Assembly (NCBI GenBank): GCA_964014485.1
Contig: CAXHAT010000002.1
Location: 56,309-120,308 of the forward strand
Length of the DNA stretch: 64,000 bases
Reading direction: 5' to 3'
Source of the DNA: an uncultured Deferribacteres bacterium
GTDB taxonomy: Bacteria; Zhuqueibacterota; Zhuqueibacteria; Zhuqueibacterales; Geothermadaptataceae
Part shown: positions 9,978 through 17,342 of the stretch, in pieces
How positions within the stretch are numbered: position 1 is the first letter of the stretch
How the letters are laid out: every line of letters starts with the position of its first letter
Translations under genes and position numbers: made by a program
Notes under the pieces: generated by a model
The model's database searches: none
The model's input: the letters and a program-made list of their open reading frames with translations, nothing else
What the model was told of the DNA's origin: nothing

Positions 9978-10109
9978 TGAGACATCCGGACAGGAACGAT
10001 CCGGAATTCATTAACAGTATCCAGACGAGGCGGAAATGATGCATAGAGGAATGCCTTGATTTAGGCGCGTTGCATCGGCCGGCAAGTGAGTTGATTGACG
10101 AAGAAAGCT

Positions 10110-10625
10110 TTATATTTTGCCGAAGCGACGCCGGAAAATGGGAGAAAATAGAAATTTATCGAGCAATGTCGCGCAAACAAGCACGGCTGCGGCCATGAGT
10201 GTGAAAGAAATGTTTTCAGGCGAGAGCAGGCTGGAATCGTTTAAAAGCGCTTTCGTTTCCGTCAACCATCCCGGTGAATCGCCAAACCCTGTGTGTACAA
10301 AATTTTTCAGTCGATCGACGCCAATTATATAAATCAGGCTGACCAGACTAAAAAGCGCGGCGAAAGCAAACAACAACCACTCGAGTGATTGCCTCAACTG
10401 TTTTGCTTCGACTGAAATTTGCGCCAAAACCATGCTTTTGAAATCCGCGGGAAGCGTCACCTGCGGGGCGACTTTCAAATTTCTATAAATTTCTTGATAA
10501 GCTTCCAAACTGTTTTGGCATTGATGACACAACTGCAAATGTTGTTCGATTTCTGAAGCTTGGCGCATAGGAGCGCCGTCGAGAAAAGCCTGGATTTCAC
10601 GGTCGGTTAAGTGACTCATACCCAA
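10110..10625 (-). CDS. Anti-sigma factor (zf-HC2 type), membrane-anchored
   Basis: N-terminal HLQLCHQCQNSLEAY matches the H-x3-C-x2-C zinc motif of anti-ECF-sigma factors. Two hydrophobic helices are present. It overlaps the upstream ECF sigma gene by 10 nt, suggesting translational coupling. Confidence 0.7.
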   Translation of the reverse strand: MGMSHLTDREIQAFLDGAPMRQASEIEQHLQLCHQCQNSLEAYQEIYRNLKVAPQVTLPADFKSMVLAQISVEAKQLRQSLEWLLFAFAALFSLVSLIYIIGVDRLKNFVHTGFGDSPGWLTETKALLNDSSLLSPENISFTLMAAAVLVCATLLDKFLFSPIFRRRFGKI

Positions 10626-11260
10626 ATTTCCTCCGCGCTATATTTTTCAAGAAGTTTTTGTTTGAGTATTTTTCTGGCGCGATATAGGTAGCTTTTAATA
10701 GTCCCGTCAGGCAGGGCTGTGACCTCGCGAATTTCTTTCAGACTGAGTTCGTCGACATGGAAGAGCGTGACGAGCGTTTTGTAAAGCGGCGGCAAATCGT
10801 CGATTTCATCTTGTAACTGGCGCGCCAATTCACGCTTTTCGGCTCTTGAATCCGGCAACAGCTCTCCGCCGTAAGCGCTTTCCGAAAACTGCGAGAGTGC
10901 GTCTTCGCGGCCCGCCGAATAATCGTTCTGTTCGAAGCATAAGTCTTCGACGAGCGGCACTTTTTTCTTTTTCAGATAGTTGAGGCAGGAGTTATATGCG
11001 ATCCGTGCGATCCAGGTGGAGAGTTTGGAATTGAATTGGAATGAAGCGAGGTTTTTGTAGACCTTGAAGAAAATCTCTTGACACAATTCTTCACGATCAT
11101 TTTCATGCGAAACCATTCTAAAAACGACGTGACCAACCAGGTTTTGGTATTGATCGATAATAGCGCCAAAAGCGGACGATTCGCCTGACAATACTTGTTT
11201 GATCAGTGCTTTTTCGCGTTCCGGCGCGCTTGCGTTTCTGTCTATGGTTTCCGATAACAT
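10616..11260 (-). CDS. RNA polymerase ECF-type sigma-70 factor
   Basis: Region 2-like DREELCQEIFFKVYKNLASFQFNSKLSTWIARIAYNSCLNYLKK. Region 4 helix-turn-helix LSLKEIREVTALPDGTIKSYLYRARKILKQKL. Confidence 0.9.
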   Translation of the reverse strand: MLSETIDRNASAPEREKALIKQVLSGESSAFGAIIDQYQNLVGHVVFRMVSHENDREELCQEIFFKVYKNLASFQFNSKLSTWIARIAYNSCLNYLKKKKVPLVEDLCFEQNDYSAGREDALSQFSESAYGGELLPDSRAEKRELARQLQDEIDDLPPLYKTLVTLFHVDELSLKEIREVTALPDGTIKSYLYRARKILKQKLLEKYSAEEIWV

Positions 11261-11286
11261 GTTTTAAAAAGACAACTTATTCGCAA

Positions 11287-11351
11287 GCAAGTTGCATAAA
11301 AATGACCGACGCAATGTATTTGAAGAAAATATTTTGAAACTTGCAACTTGC
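11287..11351. promoter_or_regulatory. Inverted repeat GCAAGTTGCA / TGCAACTTGC in the divergent sigma / membrane-protein intergenic region
   Basis: 11287-11296 gcaagttgca and 11342-11351 tgcaacttgc are perfect reverse complements. The right copy is preceded by a second aacttgc heptamer (11338-11351 aacttgcaacttgc). Confidence 0.4.
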
Positions 11352-11435
11352 GCCGTTCAGCCCTGTCAGTTGGAAACACAACAGCGCGGTTGTTGATTGA
11401 GAAATGTACTCGCCTGAAAAAATAAGGAGACTAAA

Positions 11436-11774
11436 ATGGCCGGAGATATAATTCCTCTTGTCGCTATCGTTGTCACGTTTTTTTCTTTGGTTGTCATTAT
11501 TCGCACAATTTCCGATAACAAAGTGAAGCACCGCTTGATAGAAAGAGGCGAATTCACCGAACAAGCGGCGCATACACTTGCCAACATGTCCAGCAGCGTA
11601 TCGTCCTTGAAATGGGGCTTGATACTCGTGGCGATCGGCTTCGGGTTTTTGTTGATTAACATGTTCCCGCGCATGTTCGATGACGAAGCCGCATTGGGCC
11701 TTTTGCTAATCGCAGCGGGGGTTGCCCTTTTCGCACATTATTTTATGTCGCCGAAACTTGCGAAAAAAGAATGA
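11436..11774 (+). CDS. Small integral membrane protein (3 predicted TM helices), function unknown
   Basis: A strong SD (aaggag) lies 7 nt upstream of the ATG. Hydrophobic helices: IIPLVAIVVTFFSLVVII, GLILVAIGFGFLLINMF, LGLLLIAAGVALFAHYF. Confidence 0.65.
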   Translation: MAGDIIPLVAIVVTFFSLVVIIRTISDNKVKHRLIERGEFTEQAAHTLANMSSSVSSLKWGLILVAIGFGFLLINMFPRMFDDEAALGLLLIAAGVALFAHYFMSPKLAKKE

Positions 11775-12085
11775 TTCATTGAAGTTTGTCTTCAAATAAC
11801 GATTGTCCAGGACGCGCCCGGTAAAAAAACGCAGGAGGGAGCCAGGCGCGTTTTTGTCCCCATTTTCTCGATCCGCCAGCCGTTCACATCGTCATCCATC
11901 CGTTTTACAACATTCCCTTAACTGTATCGCACCATCAAATGTCTTTCCAAAATCTTCATAAGTTGTCTAACTTTTGCCATAAAAATGGCTTATGAATATT
12001 TTTTGAACGACCCCTTTGCCGCCTCGTCTATAAACCCGAATTTTGATCAAGGAACCCTTCAAAACCATTAATCGAGGAGTATTAC

Positions 12086-13567
12086 ATGATGGGAAAATTG
12101 AAACGCTGTTTTTCGTTTGGTCTGCTGACAACGCTGCTGCTATCCACGGCGGTTCTTGCGGGAGACAAAAGAATTAAGCTTACTACGAGTTCCGAAGAAG
12201 CGCGGGATTTGTTTTGGCAAGCGCGCAAAGCTTTGGAAAATCAAGACGTTGCTTCTCCGCCGCAATTATTGCAGAAAGCGATTGAGCTTGATCCGGAATT
12301 CGCTTTTGGTTATATGTTGCTTTCCGCGTTTAACAATAACGCCGGGCATATGGAAAAGGCTCTGGAACTCGCTAAGAATGCTTCAGAAGCTGAACGCAAG
12401 TACATCGAAGCGACGCAGCACGCTCGTAATCAGAGTCTCGACGACGCCATTGCCGGTTTTGAAGAAGTTCTGAAAGACTATCCGAATGACCGCATGACCA
12501 ATATGATGGTAGGCCAACTTTACGCCGGGCAAAGTCGCTGGAAAGATGCAGAAAGGGTTTTCGCCAAATCCCTGAAGCTCGACGGCAGCTCTCTGCGCGT
12601 TTATCAAATGCTGGGCAACGCTTACGCACAACAAAGCAAGAGCAAAAAGGCTGAAGAAGTCTATCAGCGCGCGGTCAAGCTTGACGAAAGCCAATTCGCC
12701 GGATACCAGATGTTGAGCAATTTTTATGCACAGCAAGGCCGTTTTGATGAAGCCAATGACGTGTTGAAGAAAGCCGGTATGGCAACCAAGGGCAACGAAG
12801 CGCAAATCGCCCAGGGGCTTGGCACCAACGCGCTCTTCCAGGACGATTATTCCAAAGCGCGGAAACACTACCGCACGGCTGTAAGCCTGACTGATCGTGA
12901 CGCCACGCCATTTATTCCGTTTTTCGGTCTTGCCTGGACTTATCTTTATGAAAATGATGGTCAAATCGATCCCGCGCTTGAAATCATCGACGATTACATG
13001 GGGCGCTACAATCGCAACGGAGGCGCACAAGGTTTCCCGCCTGTTTGGATTTGGAACCACACTGCTCGTATAAAACTGGAAAACGGCCACGCTGAAGAAG
13101 CGTTAAAAGATTACGAAACCGGTTATAAGTCAGTGCCGGGCAGCCAGTTGACGGATGATCAGAAACGCGTGTGGGAACAGCGCAGCCATCACGGCAAGGC
13201 GCGAGCGCTGGCCAAGCTTGGCAAGTTTGACGAAGCCTGGGGCATTGCCGAAAGCATGCGCAAGCTGCTCGAAACGGAAGCCACCGACGCTCAGAAACAG
13301 CAATTCTACCCGCCCTACCATTACCTTGCCGGATATATTTTACTCGAGAAAAAAGAATACAAAAAAGCGGTTGAACACCTCGAACAAGCTGTTCCAAACG
13401 ACCCGTTTCATCAGCTTTTGTTAGGTCGGGCTTATGAAAAATCCGGCGACTTGAGCAAGGCGCGTGAGCGTTATGAAGCGGTGACTAAAATGACGAACAA
13501 CAACATTGAGCGCGCCCTCGCTTATCCTGAAGCGAAGAAAAGATTGGCAATGCTCTCATCAAATTAA
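12086..13567 (+). CDS. Secreted TPR-repeat protein (paralogue 1 of duplicated cassette)
   Basis: SD gaggag. Signal peptide LLTTLLLSTAVLAGD. It contains TPR-like repeats. Its C-terminal roughly 200 aa are highly similar to ORF 14070..15329 (GFPPVWIWNHTARI.LENG...LLLGRAYE..GDL...NNIERAL.YPEA.K.LA.LS.N). Confidence 0.75.
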   Translation: MMGKLKRCFSFGLLTTLLLSTAVLAGDKRIKLTTSSEEARDLFWQARKALENQDVASPPQLLQKAIELDPEFAFGYMLLSAFNNNAGHMEKALELAKNASEAERKYIEATQHARNQSLDDAIAGFEEVLKDYPNDRMTNMMVGQLYAGQSRWKDAERVFAKSLKLDGSSLRVYQMLGNAYAQQSKSKKAEEVYQRAVKLDESQFAGYQMLSNFYAQQGRFDEANDVLKKAGMATKGNEAQIAQGLGTNALFQDDYSKARKHYRTAVSLTDRDATPFIPFFGLAWTYLYENDGQIDPALEIIDDYMGRYNRNGGAQGFPPVWIWNHTARIKLENGHAEEALKDYETGYKSVPGSQLTDDQKRVWEQRSHHGKARALAKLGKFDEAWGIAESMRKLLETEATDAQKQQFYPPYHYLAGYILLEKKEYKKAVEHLEQAVPNDPFHQLLLGRAYEKSGDLSKARERYEAVTKMTNNNIERALAYPEAKKRLAMLSSN

Positions 13568-13582
13568 ATCGGAGATTTTTTA

Positions 13583-13957
13583 ATGGCGGAAAAAAAGGGA
13601 GAACAGGGGGCGATGCTCCCCAGGCGCTACCAGGAACGCTTTCGCGGCTTTTTTGACGAGCTCGCCGATCCTGACCGGAACGTAATTGACAGCAAAAGGC
13701 GGGAGCTCATTGCACTTTCGGCGGCTTTGGCCGGAGGGTGGCACATGAGCGTGCCCAAGCACATCAAAGAAGCGGCAAAGCATGGCGCAAGCTTCGAAGA
13801 AGTCGGCGAAGCGATTGCAATCGCCATCGGGATTAGCGCCGCCGCCATCGTTGATCAGACGGACATTGTTAACATGGAAGAAGATCTTGTCGGCAAGCTC
13901 TGGGGGCGTGACGGCGATGAGAAACAATCGCTTCCAATGGACGACGCAACGCCGTAA
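13583..13957 (+). CDS. Carboxymuconolactone decarboxylase (AhpD-like) family protein lacking the CxxC motif
   Basis: CMD-domain core ELIALSAALAGGWHMSVPKHIKEAAKHGASFEEVGEAIAIAIGISAAAIV. It is 124 aa, the same length as its paralogue at 15551. The paralogue's ECKGC positions read GWHMS here. Confidence 0.8.
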   Translation: MAEKKGEQGAMLPRRYQERFRGFFDELADPDRNVIDSKRRELIALSAALAGGWHMSVPKHIKEAAKHGASFEEVGEAIAIAIGISAAAIVDQTDIVNMEEDLVGKLWGRDGDEKQSLPMDDATP

Positions 13958-13980
13958 CTTTTTAAGGGCAAAGGAATAAA

Positions 13981-14046
13981 GGCACAGAGCCGCAAAAAAA
14001 TTATTTCCAAGTTCTTTGTGCCTATGGAACTTTGCCGCTCTGTGCC
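13981..14046. repeat. 16-bp-stem inverted repeat (ggcacagagccgcaaa / tttgccgctctgtgcc) between the two cassettes
   Basis: Arms at 13981-13996 and 14031-14046 with one mismatch. The core CAGAGCCGC / GCGGCTCTG resembles the repeat at 50390-50432. Confidence 0.7.
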
Positions 14047-14069
14047 TAAAAATAAAGGAAAAGATATAA

Positions 14070-15329
14070 ATGAAAAAGAATTCAATTGTTTTGATTGCCG
14101 CGCTGCTGTTTGCCGCGGCGACGGTTAATGCCGGGGATAAAGTTTTAAAGCTCACTTCAAGTTCACAAGAAGCGGTTGAAACGCTGGCTGAAGCTACGAA
14201 CGCACTTGAAAATTTACGTTTTGGACAGATCGGTCAATTGTCAGCAAAAGCGCTTGAGCTTGACCCCGATTTTGCATTTGCGCTCATGTATCAATCGGTG
14301 ACGCTGCCGCAAAATCAAGCGGACTCGCTGCTGAATCTCGCGCTCTCAAAGAACATTTCGGAAGACGAGAAAACCTATATCGAAGCGGTTCAACTCAATC
14401 GCCAAGGCAACACGGCGGAGGCTGCCGAGATGATGGACGGGCTGGCGATGAAATATCCCGACGACCGCCGTATCATCATGTTTACCGCCGCTTTGAACAC
14501 AGGCGCCGGAAATTTTGAGAAAGCGAGCAAAGGATTTCGGAAAGCGATTGAGATGGACGACAGCACGCCGCGCGTTCATCAGTCAATTGCAAATGTTTAC
14601 GTCATGCTCGAAGAGTACGCGCTGGCTCGCAAGGGCTTGAAATCAGCCATTAAAATGCTCGACCGCGACACTGCGTCGCCGGGCCTGTTTCTGCCGATTT
14701 CCTGGACATATTTGTACGAAGGTAAAACCGATCAGGCGCTTGCCGTTGTTGATGAAATGAGACGGCGCTACAACCGCGACGGCTCCGCGCAAGGCTTCCC
14801 GCCGGTTTGGATTTGGAATCACACGGCGCGCATCAATTTGGAAAACGGGCGGCTTCAGGAAGCGCTGCAAGATTACGAGACCGGTTACAAATCTGTTCCC
14901 GCGAGCCAGATCAATGACGTTCAAAAAAGAGTCTGGGAACAGCGAGCATTGCACGGCAAAGCGCGTACGTTAGCAAAGATGGGCCGAATCGACGAAGCTT
15001 GGGAAATGGCTGAGACGATGAAAAAACTTCTAGACGAGGAAGGCACCGATCAGCAAAAACAACAGTTTGAGCCTGCCTGGCACTATCTCGCCGGTTATAT
15101 CAAGCTCGAAGCTAAAGAATATGAGAAGGCCGTTGACCATCTCAAACAGGCGACAAATACTGATCCCTTCCACACGCTTTTGCTTGGTCGCGCGTATGAA
15201 GGCGCCGGCGATCTTGTCAACGCCAAGGCGGCTTATGAAAAAGTCGCTGCTTCAACGACCAACAACATCGAGCGGGCGCTCTCTTACCCTGAAGCGCGGA
15301 AAAAACTCGCTTTGCTGTCGACGAATTAG
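14070..15329 (+). CDS. Secreted TPR-repeat protein (paralogue 2)
   Basis: Signal peptide MKKNSIVLIAALLFAAATVNAGD. It is collinear with 12086..13567 but about 74 aa shorter. Confidence 0.75.
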   Translation: MKKNSIVLIAALLFAAATVNAGDKVLKLTSSSQEAVETLAEATNALENLRFGQIGQLSAKALELDPDFAFALMYQSVTLPQNQADSLLNLALSKNISEDEKTYIEAVQLNRQGNTAEAAEMMDGLAMKYPDDRRIIMFTAALNTGAGNFEKASKGFRKAIEMDDSTPRVHQSIANVYVMLEEYALARKGLKSAIKMLDRDTASPGLFLPISWTYLYEGKTDQALAVVDEMRRRYNRDGSAQGFPPVWIWNHTARINLENGRLQEALQDYETGYKSVPASQINDVQKRVWEQRALHGKARTLAKMGRIDEAWEMAETMKKLLDEEGTDQQKQQFEPAWHYLAGYIKLEAKEYEKAVDHLKQATNTDPFHTLLLGRAYEGAGDLVNAKAAYEKVAASTTNNIERALSYPEARKKLALLSTN

Positions 15330-15347
15330 TATTATCCGCAATCCTGA

Positions 15348-15488
15348 CGAGACTGCCGAAAAAACCCCCGGCTTGTCATTCTGTAAGAATCTTTGTTATC
15401 GCCCGGTACAGATTACGCTCAAAAGTTCAAGGGTTAGATCAAAAAAGATGCTTCCAGCATGACAATTTTGGGTTTTTCGACAGTCTCG
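15348..15488. repeat. MITE-like insertion of about 141 bp bounded by a 16-bp inverted repeat
   Basis: 15348-15364 cgagactgccgaaaaaa versus 15473-15488 tttttcgacagtctcg, with one mismatch. The interior segment cttgtcattctgtaagaatctttgttatcg matches one arm of the 57659-57732 palindrome at about 28 of 38 positions. It accounts for the 221-nt spacer here versus the 15-nt spacer in cassette 1. Confidence 0.6.
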
Positions 15489-15550
15489 ACAAGGTTCTCA
15501 ACCCTGTCAGGTTATCTGGTATATTTGGGAGCGACTTTGGAGAGAAAATC

Positions 15551-15925
15551 ATGGCGAAAAAAGTGATGCGGTCTTACGAGATGATCCCCGACCGCTTTAA
15601 AATGAAATATTTTACGTTCTACCAGGAGTTGTACAACCCGAGGACGAGCGTAATCAGCATGAAAGACAAGGAGCTGATTTCTATCGCCGCTTCGTTGGCG
15701 GCGGAGTGCAAAGGCTGCTTGAAGGGACATATTAAAAAGGCCGTCAAATTTGGCGCAACGCGAGAAGAGATCGGCGAAGCCATTGCCATCGCCATCGGCG
15801 TCAACGCTACTTCGATTGTCGAGCAAACCGATCACGCCAATTGGGAAGAGAATCTTGTTGAAAAGCTTTGGGGCAAGAACGCGGGCGTTGAAAAAGAGGA
15901 AGAAGTCGTCGAGGCGGCCGCCTGA
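15551..15925 (+). CDS. Carboxymuconolactone decarboxylase (AhpD-like) family protein with intact CxxCxxxH motif
   Basis: ELISIAASLAAECKGCLKGHIKKAVKFGATREEIGEAIAIAIGVNATSIV, i.e. the E...CxxC...H signature of AhpD-like peroxidase/reductases. SD ggagag. Confidence 0.85.
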   Translation: MAKKVMRSYEMIPDRFKMKYFTFYQELYNPRTSVISMKDKELISIAASLAAECKGCLKGHIKKAVKFGATREEIGEAIAIAIGVNATSIVEQTDHANWEENLVEKLWGKNAGVEKEEEVVEAAA

Positions 15926-15928
15926 CTT

Positions 15929-16010
15929 TGTCATTTATTGTCATTTGCTTCGCGACATTTTTAATGGCTAATGACATGAAGCAAATGACAATTTATTGAC
16001 TCCAAATGAC
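15929..16010. promoter_or_regulatory. Cluster of five TGTCATTT/AAATGACA motifs (two direct, three inverted) including a 15-bp-stem hairpin
   Basis: TGTCATTT at 15929-36 and 15939-46, a 10-nt phase. Reverse copies lie at 15970-76, 15983-90 and 16004-10. Hairpin arms are 15937-15951 attgtcatttgcttc and 15978-15992 gaagcaaatgacaat. The cluster sits between the CMD gene stop and the MFS start. Confidence 0.45.
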
Positions 16011-16043
16011 GTTTTTTACTGGGGTTAAAAATAAAATCGAATC

Positions 16044-17330
16044 GTGAGCACGCAATCCAAATCCTATTCACTGCCGTGGTTAATGGGCCTTTTGTTGGCC
16101 CTTTTTTTTGTCGGCAATCTTGACGTTCAAATCATCTCGCCGATCCTGCCCTTGTTCGAGGCGGATTTCGGCGTCAGCACCATTCTCGCCGGGATGGTCG
16201 TGACCAGCTACGCGATCAGCGGCGCGATTTGGGCGTTGATCATCGGGCCGTTGTCGGATCGTTTTGGCCGCATCGTTTTTCTCAGAGCAGCGGCGGTCTG
16301 CTTCGCTATTGCGGCAGCAACGGCTTTTTTCGCGGCGGAATTTCAGTTTTATATTATTGCGAGAATTCTGGCCGGATTGGCGGGCGGTACATTTTCGACT
16401 TGTATTATCGCACTGATCGCGGATATTTTTCCCTATGAAAAACGCGGGCGCGCGATGGGGCTGGTTGGCGCCATTTATTCTTTGGCGGCAGTCGTCGGCG
16501 TACCTCTGGGTGCGATTGTCGCGAGCAATTACGGCTGGCGTCCGATCTATATTTTTCTTGGCGGAACCGCATTGCTGATTGCTCTTTTTCTGAAACGGAA
16601 CATACGAATCAAGCCCCCTGAAAGCGTACGCTCTGCTGATGATCAAAAAATGTCCGAGTCGAACCGAAACGGCAGACTCGTACAGGCTGTGAAGGGACAG
16701 ATCCTCGATTACGGTCGATTTTGGGTCAATCGCAAAACGCGCAACGGTCTCTTGCTCGCGTTCGCGGGTTCATCAACTTCCACGAGCCTGATGACATTTC
16801 TCGGCAAATGGCTCTCCGCCGATTTTGGCTTGACCGGCGGATCGCTGGCGCTGGTTTTTCTCGCCGCGGGGGTTTCTACAGTAATCGGCTCTTTGCTCGG
16901 CGGATTTTTGTCTGACAAAATCGGCAAGAAGCAACTCATCCTGGTTGCCAGCCTGCTCATCGTCGCAATCATGTCGACGACCAGTTTTATCGGAAGCTAT
17001 ACCGGCGTGGTCGCTTTTTGCATCGGCGGGGGCTTGGCCATTGCACTGCGCGAAGGGCCGTATCAAGCGTTGATCACGGAATTGGTTGCAAGCCGCGAGC
17101 GCGGCGCTTATATTGCCGTCCGAAGTACAGCCGCGAAGCTTGCCATCGCCGGTGCGGCTGCATTCTCCGGTCTGCTTTTTGAGTTGAGCGGATATGCGGC
17201 GGTCACGGCCTTTTCCGGTGCTTGCAGTTTGTGGGCGGCGTACCTCGTTCGTTTCGCCATTCAGCCGGTTGCCGCAGCCAAAGATTCCACACCCGTTGGC
17301 GATGAGATCGCAGTTGAAAACAACGCCTGA
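16044..17330 (+). CDS. MFS transporter
   Basis: About 12 hydrophobic helices. An MFS signature-like loop is GPLSDRFGRIVFL. It uses a GTG start with no obvious SD; an alternative ATG lies at 16083. Confidence 0.85.
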   Translation: MSTQSKSYSLPWLMGLLLALFFVGNLDVQIISPILPLFEADFGVSTILAGMVVTSYAISGAIWALIIGPLSDRFGRIVFLRAAAVCFAIAAATAFFAAEFQFYIIARILAGLAGGTFSTCIIALIADIFPYEKRGRAMGLVGAIYSLAAVVGVPLGAIVASNYGWRPIYIFLGGTALLIALFLKRNIRIKPPESVRSADDQKMSESNRNGRLVQAVKGQILDYGRFWVNRKTRNGLLLAFAGSSTSTSLMTFLGKWLSADFGLTGGSLALVFLAAGVSTVIGSLLGGFLSDKIGKKQLILVASLLIVAIMSTTSFIGSYTGVVAFCIGGGLAIALREGPYQALITELVASRERGAYIAVRSTAAKLAIAGAAAFSGLLFELSGYAAVTAFSGACSLWAAYLVRFAIQPVAAAKDSTPVGDEIAVENNA

Positions 17331-17342
17331 TTTAAAAGTTTC

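Noticed and set aside
9910-9990. Possible tRNA gene (gccgagatagctcagttgg...)
   Set aside because: After the D-arm start the sequence diverges: the D-loop would be about 15 nt (AGTTGGAAAAAAGAA). No anticodon stem pairs. The only T-arm-like hairpin (ccgga-caggaacga-tccgg) has a 9-nt loop. No complementary tctcggc 3' acceptor strand exists within 100 nt. It is treated as a fragment, not a gene.
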